64,000 nt of DNA from a virus, in IMG/VR virus record IMGVR_UViG_3300023179_008562, positions 1 through 64,000 of that record; one strand, given 5' to 3'. This document shows, in pieces, positions 1 through 8,894 of this stretch. A model generated the notes under the pieces. It was not told the DNA's origin, made no database searches, and saw only the letters and a list, made by a program, of their open reading frames with translations. The translations under genes and the position numbers were made by a program. The first letter of the stretch is position 1. The number at the start of each line of letters is the position of its first letter.

Positions 1-89
1 AACTTGGATTCCCACGCTTCATTCAATGCAGTTTGGGTATCTTCGTTGATGATGCCACTATCTAACAATGGTTTGATAGCATCTAACAT
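1..89 (-). CDS. Prohead core/scaffold protein (T4 gp22-like), 5' part only; runs off the window
   Basis: ATG at 89 with AGGAG SD; reads MLDAIKPLLDSGIINEDTQTALNEAWESK; directly downstream of the prohead protease, as in T4 gene order 20-21-22. Confidence 0.7.
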   Translation of the reverse strand, partial: MLDAIKPLLDSGIINEDTQTALNEAWESK

Positions 90-98
90 TGTGATCTC

Positions 99-740
99 CT
101 ATTTAATTTTTAAATCTTTGATTAGGCTTGTTACAGCTTGTTTCAAATACTTCTGTACTCTTTGATCTGCGCTGGCTTCACGGGCCACCTCGAATACCCG
201 ATGCCCGCCACGCATGTTCATTAGCCCTTCGTAAATGGCCTTGGGGTATGCGTTGGGTGCACTGGGTTGCGCAACTACATCCACAGTGACTATTTCAAAG
301 TCACTGACCTTGCCGTCTGCCTCGTTAACGTTTCCGCTGCCGCGACTTGATACGCCAAGTTTGACTCCACTTTCCAGCATGGTCTCAACTAGTTTGCCCA
401 TGGGGGTTGGTAGAATCTTGAGTTTACCAAAACCGTTGGGGCCATCCATCCACATTTCTGTGATCATATGGCTCACACGGTCCAGGTTAATTTTTAAATC
501 ATCTGGATGATCTACTTCGCCTAATACGCTGTAGCCACCCTTGATTTGTTCGTTGATGCTGGTGACAGCACTGCTAATTTCATCCACTGGATATATTCTT
601 TCATTGTGATTTTTAACACCACCCTGAATGAATATACCCTTCATGTAGAGATTCTTACTCTGACCGTCAGCATGACTTTCTCTCAGAACTTCCATTCTGG
701 CATGGTCAAACGTTAAATTTTCTCTAAGATACATGGACAT
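99..740 (-). CDS. gp21: Prohead protease (T4 gp21-like)
   Basis: Motifs KGIFIQGGVKNHNERIYP, GEVDHP, GVSSRGSG, DVVAQPSAPNA typical of T4-type head maturation proteases. Confidence 0.93.
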   Translation of the reverse strand: MSMYLRENLTFDHARMEVLRESHADGQSKNLYMKGIFIQGGVKNHNERIYPVDEISSAVTSINEQIKGGYSVLGEVDHPDDLKINLDRVSHMITEMWMDGPNGFGKLKILPTPMGKLVETMLESGVKLGVSSRGSGNVNEADGKVSDFEIVTVDVVAQPSAPNAYPKAIYEGLMNMRGGHRVFEVAREASADQRVQKYLKQAVTSLIKDLKIK

Positions 741-754
741 GGATGTTTCCTGTA

Positions 755-1651
755 TTAACGTACTTTGCCACCAACCAGACTCTTGTTACTGACTGGTAGT
801 TTGCCGTCAGTGGTCTGACCTTCGGCACCCTTGTTCTTTTCCCAGCTGGTTTCTTTGTGGCCGTAGAACTTGTCAGCACCGTGACCACCTGGCTTGTTGA
901 CATTACGCTTGGCAACATCTAGTTCCTGAGCTGGCTTGACAAATCCACTAGCCTTGCCTGCAGGACGTTGGCCGTCTGGAGCGGGGTTAGCTTTACCTGT
1001 GGCGATGTTCTTGGCTGAGCCGCCCATGTCATTCTTGCTGGCAACATTGCTTTGCTTGTTGATGCTGGCTGATTTGCCACCGCGACCAACTTCGCCGCCT
1101 TCGGACTTCTGACCAGTGTCACCCACACGCTCAACATACTCACGAACCATAGTTTCGTCTAGTTCTTCGTCTTCTTCCGAATCTTCTTCTGAATCTTCAG
1201 CTGATTCATCTTCATCACCGTGGATGCCTGGGAACATTTCTTCTTCATGTTCTTCGCCAGCCATCAGTTGATCGAATTCTGCCTTGAGTTCGTCCAGGGC
1301 ATCTTCCAGGTCCATGACGCGGTCTTCTAGTTCTTCTTCACCGCCAACGTCAGCATGGTGGTCCATTTCTTCGTCGTCCTGGTCCATATCAGCATCCATG
1401 TCCATGCCCATATCGGCATCCATGTCCATGTCGTCTTCTTCTTCGCTGATGCCCTCTTCGTCCATCTGAACGTCCTGCATCAGACCTTTAACAGGGTTGC
1501 CACCAACTGTTTCATCCATTTCTTCTTCATCGTCCATGATGCTTTCATAGATGTCACGTGACTTTTCAACAACGATTTCATGGAATAGTTCACGAGCACG
1601 ATCTGATTCATCATTGATGATGTACTCAATTAACTTTTCATACTTGTTCAT
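755..1651 (-). CDS. Highly acidic prohead core/internal head protein
   Basis: 298 aa; D/E/M-rich N-terminal half and K/G-rich C-terminal half; lies between portal and protease; AAGGAG SD and TAAATA motif upstream. Confidence 0.65.
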   Translation of the reverse strand: MNKYEKLIEYIINDESDRARELFHEIVVEKSRDIYESIMDDEEEMDETVGGNPVKGLMQDVQMDEEGISEEEDDMDMDADMGMDMDADMDQDDEEMDHHADVGGEEELEDRVMDLEDALDELKAEFDQLMAGEEHEEEMFPGIHGDEDESAEDSEEDSEEDEELDETMVREYVERVGDTGQKSEGGEVGRGGKSASINKQSNVASKNDMGGSAKNIATGKANPAPDGQRPAGKASGFVKPAQELDVAKRNVNKPGGHGADKFYGHKETSWEKNKGAEGQTTDGKLPVSNKSLVGGKVR

Positions 1652-1789
1652 AACAACTCCTTTAAGGTGTATACGGTACCCAAGTTACTATTTCAAACTT
1701 AGATATACAATTTGTATGTAATATTATTTACATATTTTGTAAAAATCAGGGGTTAAATGTGTGTTTTTCTAATTATTCTGTCAGAATAA

Positions 1790-2017
1790 TTAGAGGCCGG
1801 GAGGTTGTGCTGCTGGTGCTTTGTATTGATTCTGCACTTGTTCCAGATCTTTCTCATGCTCCAACTTACGCACATCGTTCATGATTCGCAGGCGATTTAT
1901 CTGTCTGAGAGTTATTTTTGTCTTTCTCAGATCGTTCAATCGCATGACAGTGTTATCGTCCTTTTCAGTCCGATATCCTTTCATATTGTCATCATCAAAC
2001 ATTTCCATTAGGCGCAT
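1790..2017 (-). CDS. Small head-module protein (75 aa)
   Basis: Co-oriented ORF between portal and core protein; TAAATA motif at 2023-2028. Confidence 0.65.
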   Translation of the reverse strand: MRLMEMFDDDNMKGYRTEKDDNTVMRLNDLRKTKITLRQINRLRIMNDVRKLEHEKDLEQVQNQYKAPAAQPPGL

Positions 2018-2037
2018 GTAGTTATTTACTTAAAATG

Positions 2038-3774
2038 TCAAATTCCAGCACCAGGGGCGGTGGGCCCACCAGCGGGTGCTGCAGGCGCATTTCCGGCCAC
2101 CGCACCAGCTTCGGGAGGAGTTTGCCCCAGCGGCATTTCACCACCGATGTCTGGTTCCGGCACGGCCAGGTTGTCCATGTCCTGTTGTATGCCCGCATTG
2201 GTCACGCCCACTGCACGCAATCCTGCTTCACCAGCTGGCGCCTCTTTGGCAGTCTGATTTTCTTCTGCCCAGAGTTCGTCATTTTCCTGCATTTCTTCTT
2301 CGCTAAGATCCAGGAATCTCTTGAGCAGGAAGCGTTTGCTCAGATAGGGGATCTGCTCCAGACTGGTGAATGCCTGGATTCTGACGCCGTCAATTTCACT
2401 CTGACGATACTTGGCAAAATTCTGTGGTTCATTGAATCTGAGTTCAAATAGTTGACCGTCAATGTTGATGCCGCGCCAACGCATGAACATTTTGAATTCC
2501 AGATCCAGCTTTTCCACAATCATGGTCTGCAGACGTTTACAATACTGGTTGAATCGCCATTCTTGAATCAGTGCGGTTGTGGTGCGACCATCGTTATAAG
2601 CCTGTGTGCCATCGTCATCAGTCTGTGGCAAATAACTACTGGGAATACGCAGACCTCTGAACAGCTTATTGGTAAAGAATCTCAGGTCAGTGATTTCGCC
2701 CAGATTGCTACCGCCGGGCAGTGTCTCAACACTGGATCCCCGACCCTCGGCAGTGACTGGAAAGAAGTAGTCCTCATTGGTGCTCAATGGGTTATAGGTG
2801 GCATCCATCATGTTTACCCCACCACCAGTCTGTGTGGGGATACGTCTCTGATGTATTTCGTTTTTGATGCGATCCACAAATGCCATGGCCATGTGTGTGG
2901 GCATGTTACCCACATCAATTTTGAAGATTCTGCGTTCGGGCGCACGTTGTATGCGGTAGATAATGATGGCGTCTTCCAACAGTTCTTTCTGTTTGAAGAT
3001 TTTAAACACACTTTCTAGCACACTGTTGCCAAATGGCCAGTTCAGATCCAGGCCTTCGGTCAGACTCAGATGCATGACATGCTCGGCATTGATGACTGCT
3101 TCATTCTGCGCATGACTGAATCTGGTGCCACCACTGTAGGGCACATTGGGCTGTGTGTATGCACCGCTGGGTCCGCCCACCTGAGGATGATTGACGTAGG
3201 TGTCACTGGCGCTGACTGCAGTGGCAGTCAGATTCTGGAAATTGATGTTGAGGTCTTTGATCACATACTGTTCGGGTTCTTTGCCTTCAGCTTCATTGAC
3301 AATGACCTTGATGACCTTGTGCATTTCGGTCCAGTACAGCTCAAATGTTTCGGGATCACGCAGGAAAACCTGATCACCGTACTTGATGGTGTTGCGCACC
3401 AGCTTGAACAGTCGTTTGTTGAGTTTGTTGAGAGTGACCCACTGCAGCAGTTGATCTTTCAGAATCTTGACTTCATTGTCGGTGGGTTTGTCTTTGAAAT
3501 ATAAATCAAATCCAGTGCCATTGTCGTCATTCAATTGAGTGCAGAAGTCAGCAATGATGTCCAGAGCAGCATTGATTTCTGAATCCATGTCCATCTGCTC
3601 GTATTGATTGTATCGCTCCACACGATTGGGGTGGCCAATGTAAACTTCGGGCAATTTACTGGCGAAATTTCTATAGCCAGGGTCAATTGCCGCCGTTGGT
3701 CCAGTGGCACCACTGATGGGACTCAAGCCACCGCTGACGTTTGCCGATTTAAAATACTTTTTCCATCCTGCCAT
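2038..3774 (-). CDS. gp20: Portal vertex protein (T4 gp20-like)
   Basis: EDAIIIYRIQRAPERRIFKIDVGNMP, EDYFFP, LPGGSNLGEITDLRFF, LRIPSSYL motifs of T4-family portals. Confidence 0.95.
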   Translation of the reverse strand: MAGWKKYFKSANVSGGLSPISGATGPTAAIDPGYRNFASKLPEVYIGHPNRVERYNQYEQMDMDSEINAALDIIADFCTQLNDDNGTGFDLYFKDKPTDNEVKILKDQLLQWVTLNKLNKRLFKLVRNTIKYGDQVFLRDPETFELYWTEMHKVIKVIVNEAEGKEPEQYVIKDLNINFQNLTATAVSASDTYVNHPQVGGPSGAYTQPNVPYSGGTRFSHAQNEAVINAEHVMHLSLTEGLDLNWPFGNSVLESVFKIFKQKELLEDAIIIYRIQRAPERRIFKIDVGNMPTHMAMAFVDRIKNEIHQRRIPTQTGGGVNMMDATYNPLSTNEDYFFPVTAEGRGSSVETLPGGSNLGEITDLRFFTNKLFRGLRIPSSYLPQTDDDGTQAYNDGRTTTALIQEWRFNQYCKRLQTMIVEKLDLEFKMFMRWRGINIDGQLFELRFNEPQNFAKYRQSEIDGVRIQAFTSLEQIPYLSKRFLLKRFLDLSEEEMQENDELWAEENQTAKEAPAGEAGLRAVGVTNAGIQQDMDNLAVPEPDIGGEMPLGQTPPEAGAVAGNAPAAPAGGPTAPGAGI

Positions 3775-3806
3775 GATTTTCTCTGAGAAGTATTATATTT
3801 AACAAT

Positions 3807-6533
3807 TTAGTAAGAAGCCGTCAATATATCTCGACTGACTCTGGTGCCACGCTGCTGTTCATTGATCATGCTTCGGGTCAGGTTGGTCTGCTCTTGCATG
3901 GCATCCAGTTGTCGTTGCATCAGACCCACCATTTCTTTATTACTGTCGGCAATGTCACTGGCTGCTTGTTCTGGAGTAACAGTTTGTCCAGCTGCTCGAT
4001 CTTGCTTGAACTGTTCCACTAGGTCCTGAATTTGTTTGGAAAAATCTTCCATTTTTAGATTTCTGGTGTCCTGGAAAGAACCCAGAGCATTGACTTTCTC
4101 ATCGCCCAGATCGTATGTGGTACCGTAACCCAGTAATTCCTTCCAGGTTTTGGTATCAGTGATGGTGCCACCACCAGCCTTGTCAAATGCTCCCAATTTT
4201 TCTGCCATGGCTGCAACAATACGCAGGTCTGTTCTCATGGGACCAATGTTGAGTCCGCTGAATTCTTTCAATCCCGGCAGCAATTCCTTTTCCATGCTCA
4301 TGGCCAACTGAACTGATATGGGTTTACTATCTGACATCGAATTTTTTATACTTGCCGATATTTGATCAGCAATGGCTGCGACGCCAGAAAGATCTTTTTC
4401 TCCGCGGTCTTGGGCGTTGATATTAACTGGAATTGTTTTACCATCTGGTAACGGAACCACTGCTTCAGTTCCATGTAATGTGGCAGCAAATCCAGTGGTT
4501 GGGCCTCTGGCTATACCACCATCTGCGAACATGGGCGAGGACTGTTCATCCCTCCAGCGTTTGTATTCTTCTTCTTTTTTTGCAAATTCTTTATCTACTT
4601 TTAGACGTTCTTGATATGCAGCACGCGCTTTATCCTCTGCGGCCGTTAATTGGGCACTCTTCTGACCAGTGGCCTCCTGCCAGGCAGTGGGCTTCTCTTC
4701 AGATCTGATGGACTTTGCCTCCTGAGCGGTCTGTGTCTGCTCTGTCTGCGCTTGTTCAAGTGCTTTTCCGCCGACACCAAACCCCAGCTCATTCATCATG
4801 TCCTGGACACCTTTGAGCATTTGGGCGGAAATAGCAGCAAAGTTTTTAATGGCTGGAGTCAAAGTTTCTTCTAGGGCCACTTTTAATTTTTGTGCTTGTT
4901 CTTCAGCCCCAACAACCGAGTTGGTTAGCCCATCAGTGGCCTCTTTTTGTTTTGCAGCAGCTTCCTCTGCTGCTGTGATGCCTTCTGCAGTGAATTTTCC
5001 AATTTGGGGCAGCTCGCGACCCATTGCCTCTGACAACTCACCCGCCGCACCGCCGACGCCAGCTAGACCGGCCTTGCCTATGGTGGCGCCCAACGCCAGA
5101 AGTTCTCGTTGATTCTGTTCGGCATGCTTCTTTTGATTTTCCAATGTGCGACGGCCATCCAGAACACCTGCTCGGGCGTCGCGTACCTGATCCTGGGTAA
5201 ATTCTGCCACGCTGGGCATTTGCGCAGCCATGATAGCACCAGTTTTGTTTATGATAGTCCCATACACCATCATGTCAACAAAGTTCTTTCTCTGTTGATC
5301 AGTCATGTTCTGCATGGCCGATTCAATACCAGCGCGTTGTTCGGGGCCCATTTTGGCAAGTTCAGCCTGGAACGCAATATTAGCCGAGGCTTGTCTGGCC
5401 TCGTCCTGACGTTTTTTGGCATCTTCGCCGGTGATGGCAGCAATGACTCTTAGATTTTCAGCATATTTTTGCGTCTGTTCAGCAACCTGCGCTTCTGTGG
5501 CTCTAAGTGGACCAGCTGCACTGCCACGCATGGCCTGCATGACATCAGCCACCAATGCGCCTTGTTCTTCAAAGCCATATCCCAATTTCAATAGAGATTG
5601 CTGCATTTTGCCGCCACCAGCAGCCAGAACTTTGCCGGTGTATTGGGCTGCTTCAGCCACACTCATGCCCGAGCTGGCCAGTTGTGCACTGGATCCTTTG
5701 ACCACCTGGCTGAATTGTTCCACTGTCAGCCCAGCGGCATGTGCAGAGGCGCGCATGCCGGTCATGCCATCGGCAAACATGGCGCCACTGGCGCTCATGC
5801 TATTGAATGCTTTGACTGTCTTTTCTACTTCTTTGGCCGCAATTTCCACACCAAATTTGGCCAATTTGGCGGCGGTTTCCTGAGCTGCATTGGCCAAAGC
5901 TCCCACACCCGACACCAGTGTACCAATTGCAGCAGTCCAGGGCGTGGGTATGGCTGCAATTGCTGCACCAGCACCGGTGATGCCCTTGGCTAGTGCGCCT
6001 GCTCCAGCACTAGCCACATCAATGGCAGTGTTCATCAGACCAGCAGAGAGTTCAGTGCCGCTGGATCCTGCTTGCAATCCTTTGACAAACTGTCCTGCGC
6101 TAGTAACTATTTGTGTGGAAGCAGTGCGCGTGGCTTCACCCACACCTTTGCCAAATTCCTGTGCTTGCTCTTTAAAATTCTGTTGGTAGGCCTGTCTGGC
6201 CACTTCCTCCTTCTGCTCAAGCAATCGCTTTCTTTCGGTGGCATCGCCGTGTGATTCAATGGATTCTTCGATGGCATCATTGAGTTGCTTAAGAAGCTGT
6301 TGCTGATCTTTGTAACCAGCCTCACCACGTTTGACAGACCTGCCCAGATTAACCATGTCTCGAGCAAAATCATCTGATGATCGTTTTATTCGACCATTAA
6401 ATATTTTCATCTCAGAACTGTTCGCATCAAAGCGATCAGTCAACTGTGTGAGTGCCTGAAATACCGCTTCTGCTACCTGGTGAGCGCCTTCTTCATCCAT
6501 GGGTGTTTTACTTTCTTGGGTTTTTAACACCAT
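3807..6533 (-). CDS. Tape-measure-like protein (true start may be ATG at 6500)
   Basis: 908 aa, Ala/Gln/Gly-rich and helical; FADGGIARGP...LHGTEAVVPL motif common in tape measure C-termini; next to the chaperone-like gene. Confidence 0.7.
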   Translation of the reverse strand: MVLKTQESKTPMDEEGAHQVAEAVFQALTQLTDRFDANSSEMKIFNGRIKRSSDDFARDMVNLGRSVKRGEAGYKDQQQLLKQLNDAIEESIESHGDATERKRLLEQKEEVARQAYQQNFKEQAQEFGKGVGEATRTASTQIVTSAGQFVKGLQAGSSGTELSAGLMNTAIDVASAGAGALAKGITGAGAAIAAIPTPWTAAIGTLVSGVGALANAAQETAAKLAKFGVEIAAKEVEKTVKAFNSMSASGAMFADGMTGMRASAHAAGLTVEQFSQVVKGSSAQLASSGMSVAEAAQYTGKVLAAGGGKMQQSLLKLGYGFEEQGALVADVMQAMRGSAAGPLRATEAQVAEQTQKYAENLRVIAAITGEDAKKRQDEARQASANIAFQAELAKMGPEQRAGIESAMQNMTDQQRKNFVDMMVYGTIINKTGAIMAAQMPSVAEFTQDQVRDARAGVLDGRRTLENQKKHAEQNQRELLALGATIGKAGLAGVGGAAGELSEAMGRELPQIGKFTAEGITAAEEAAAKQKEATDGLTNSVVGAEEQAQKLKVALEETLTPAIKNFAAISAQMLKGVQDMMNELGFGVGGKALEQAQTEQTQTAQEAKSIRSEEKPTAWQEATGQKSAQLTAAEDKARAAYQERLKVDKEFAKKEEEYKRWRDEQSSPMFADGGIARGPTTGFAATLHGTEAVVPLPDGKTIPVNINAQDRGEKDLSGVAAIADQISASIKNSMSDSKPISVQLAMSMEKELLPGLKEFSGLNIGPMRTDLRIVAAMAEKLGAFDKAGGGTITDTKTWKELLGYGTTYDLGDEKVNALGSFQDTRNLKMEDFSKQIQDLVEQFKQDRAAGQTVTPEQAASDIADSNKEMVGLMQRQLDAMQEQTNLTRSMINEQQRGTRVSRDILTASY

Positions 6534-6568
6534 AAATACAGAATATATGGCATTATCAATTATTTATA
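6531..6568. promoter_or_regulatory. Face-to-face pair of T4-type late promoters
   Basis: CATAAATA on + (6531-6538) toward the 6581 gene; TATAAATA on - (6561-6568) toward the tape measure gene; TATAAATA is the T4 gp55 consensus. Confidence 0.65.
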
Positions 6569-6580
6569 GGATTTCAAACC

Positions 6581-7441
6581 ATGGAAAATACACCGCAGAG
6601 ACCAGCGTCGACTAATCCTCTGGCCCGACATTTCAGACAGCCAGCAATTTATTTCCGACTGCCCAGCCAGGGCGCCCATTGGCCTGCCAATACTCTGACA
6701 CTGCCAGCGCACGGTGAAATTGGCATCATGCCCATGACCACTCGAGACGAAATCACACTCAAGACTCCTGATGCCTTGCTGAATGGTCAGGGTGTGGTCA
6801 GTGTGATTGAGAGTTGCTGCCCTGATATCCAGGATGCCTGGCAGATGCCCAGCATTGATGTGGACGCCACACTGATCGCCATACGCATCGCCAGTTATGG
6901 GCATCAGATGGATTTTGACACCACTTGCCCACATTGTGGGTCTACCAATGAGCATGCTATTGATCTGACCCAGGTGCTGAGTAATATTCAGGCACCAGAC
7001 TACAACACACCCCTGGACGTTGCGGGACTAAAAATCACTCTGAAGCCACAGCCCTATTTCAGTGCCAACAAAACCAACATGATTGCCTTTGAAGAACAAC
7101 AGTTGCTACGCACCCTGGGGGACATTGAAGATGATCCTGAATCAGCCAAAGCCAGATTTGATCAGCACCTGAGCAAAGTGATTGAACTGAATATTGGTCT
7201 GTTGAGCACCAGTACTGCGGCCATTATCACCGACGACGGCACTGTGGTGACTGACCAGCAATACATTAGTGAATTTTTCAACAATGCCGACAACCGTGTG
7301 ATCAAAGCGGTACAACGACGTCTGAAAGAATTGTCAGAAGAGGCCGGAATTAAACCCATCATTGTGGTATGTCTGAATCCAGACTGTCAGAAAGAATTCC
7401 CAGTCAGCATAACTTTCGATTATTCAAGTTTTTTCGGCTAA
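6581..7441 (+). CDS. Baseplate hub/tail assembly chaperone (T4 gp26-like)
   Basis: LPSQG, PMTTRDEITLKTPDALLNG, IAIRIASYG, CPHC and CLNPDC zinc-binding motifs of the gp26-like family; AGGA SD. Confidence 0.75.
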   Translation: MENTPQRPASTNPLARHFRQPAIYFRLPSQGAHWPANTLTLPAHGEIGIMPMTTRDEITLKTPDALLNGQGVVSVIESCCPDIQDAWQMPSIDVDATLIAIRIASYGHQMDFDTTCPHCGSTNEHAIDLTQVLSNIQAPDYNTPLDVAGLKITLKPQPYFSANKTNMIAFEEQQLLRTLGDIEDDPESAKARFDQHLSKVIELNIGLLSTSTAAIITDDGTVVTDQQYISEFFNNADNRVIKAVQRRLKELSEEAGIKPIIVVCLNPDCQKEFPVSITFDYSSFFG

Positions 7442-7665
7442 GGCTCTTGACTCTGGACCCAGACGCGGTCCAGAAACTGATCGACGGATACGAACGAGAC
7501 GTAAGAGCCTATAAAGATGATGCGTTGAGACTGTGCTGGTACATGCGCGGTGGGTTAAGTTACGACGATGCCATGCTGTTGTCATCAACTGATCGTGAAT
7601 TAATTGGTAAATTGGTCAAAGACAACTTAGAAACTACCAAAAAGTCCAACATGCCATTCTTTTAA
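7429..7665 (+). CDS. Small downstream ORF (gp51-like or chaperone extension), probably reached by -1 frameshift from the gp26-like gene
   Basis: Frame is -1 relative to the upstream gene; slippery T TTT TTC at 7429-7435; product has LCWYMRGGLSYDDAMLLS; no good independent start. Confidence 0.65.
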   Translation, partial: FFRLRLLTLDPDAVQKLIDGYERDVRAYKDDALRLCWYMRGGLSYDDAMLLSSTDRELIGKLVKDNLETTKKSNMPFF

Positions 7666-8083
7666 GATGTACTTCGTACATCTGCATTTTCGCTTGCGCT
7701 CAATGCCTTTTTTTCCTACTCTGGACATTCTGGATAACTTTGATGCTTTTAAGTGCTTTATCTAGATTCTAGTCATACTTCACCTATCACAGGCAAAGTA
7801 TGATGGTCTTTATCTGAGTCCCACACCATACCAACCAAAAGAGATTTGTGCTTGTCATGTGCACAGCGGAGGCGGTCAGCCGGTACCCCCTACTCTAGCT
7901 TCATCTGACGGACGCTGATATAGCCGTGGTTAGCCAACTATATCCGACGCATGGGTTGTGCCTTTTTCACAGAGCCCACATCCTTGGGTTTTTACACCTA
8001 GAAGTCCGGTGCCGTCTCTGCAAGGTCTAGTCCTTGCGTTCCATGTGCGGCCATCACGCGAGCACAATCACCTGAGACACAGC
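7665..8083 (-). ncRNA. Candidate ~420-nt structured non-coding RNA (or ssDNA origin-like element), family not identified
   Basis: Only long gene-free gap in the window; at least 8 stems readable by eye; the imperfect pairs are G-U on the minus strand and A-C on the plus strand. Confidence 0.55.
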
Positions 8084-8623
8084 TTACGCTGCAACAGTGG
8101 CTATTTGGTTACTGCAAAGTTCTGCAAATTTGTTGCTATTTAATTCAAAAAACAAATCCATGTCCATGATGAACCAGTGACCATGATGCTGTGTGCCATA
8201 ATTGAAGTGCCGGGTCAAGAATAAATTGGTGTGATTGGGTTGTGCCTGAAATGCTACGTATCGACCTTTGCGGTTAAACTTCATGAACAGTATGTTGAAA
8301 TCGCCTGTGTCAGCTGCATCCATACACTGTTCAATCCATTGATCTAAAATTTTAACTGAGCCTTGAAATAATTGATGAAAGGGAAAATCTTTGTAACTCT
8401 TGCATTCAGCATTCAATGCTGAGAAACTTTCACCAGGAACAATGTCACCTTTGAAACTGCGAATTTGTCCCTGATGCAAGAATTGTTTTCTAATGTTGTT
8501 GGTACCACCCACATAAGCCCCTGATCCTGGCGCGCGAATAAACGTCTGACCGAACTGTTGAGTCAGATACCGGGCGACTTCGCGCTCCCAACTGCTGCCT
8601 TTGGCTTTCTGTGGGCTGGGCAT
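8084..8623 (-). CDS. Holliday junction resolvase, Hjc/PD-(D/E)xK type
   Basis: KAKGSSWEREVA, RAPGSGA, GDIV, AECKSY motifs. Confidence 0.8.
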   Translation of the reverse strand: MPSPQKAKGSSWEREVARYLTQQFGQTFIRAPGSGAYVGGTNNIRKQFLHQGQIRSFKGDIVPGESFSALNAECKSYKDFPFHQLFQGSVKILDQWIEQCMDAADTGDFNILFMKFNRKGRYVAFQAQPNHTNLFLTRHFNYGTQHHGHWFIMDMDLFFELNSNKFAELCSNQIATVAA

Positions 8624-8817
8624 TACTTGGTGGCTGCCAGGGCGTTTTTCTTTTCCTGAATTTCAGCACGGCGTGCTTTGGACAGCTTGCCCAGATCACC
8701 CAGTGCTGAACGAGCACGGGCCGCAGCGGCTTTGACGCCCTTGACTTCAAACTTTTCGTTCTCTGCCAGGTATGTTTCGTATGCTGCTACGATTTGTTCA
8801 TGAATTGTTGTTTCCAT
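8623..8817 (-). CDS. Small basic histone H1-like (Hc1 family) DNA-binding protein
   Basis: 64 aa; KGVKAAAARARSALGDLGKLSKARR resembles the Hc1 core; AGGAGA SD; TAAATA upstream. Confidence 0.6.
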   Translation of the reverse strand: METTIHEQIVAAYETYLAENEKFEVKGVKAAAARARSALGDLGKLSKARRAEIQEKKNALAATK

Positions 8818-8894
8818 TTTATACTCTCCTTGTGATTTTATTTAACTGTAGAAATTTTCATTAAATGATTTTTTTATTTTGTGCATTGTTTAAA

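Noticed and set aside
1335-1460. ATGTCC/ATC-rich short repeats
   Set aside because: Low-complexity coding for the Asp/Met/Glu tract of the core protein, not an independent repeat element.
7958-8143. 61-aa plus-strand ORF in the structured region
   Set aside because: No SD, overlaps the resolvase antisense, and has no protein-like features; the region is better explained by base-paired structure.
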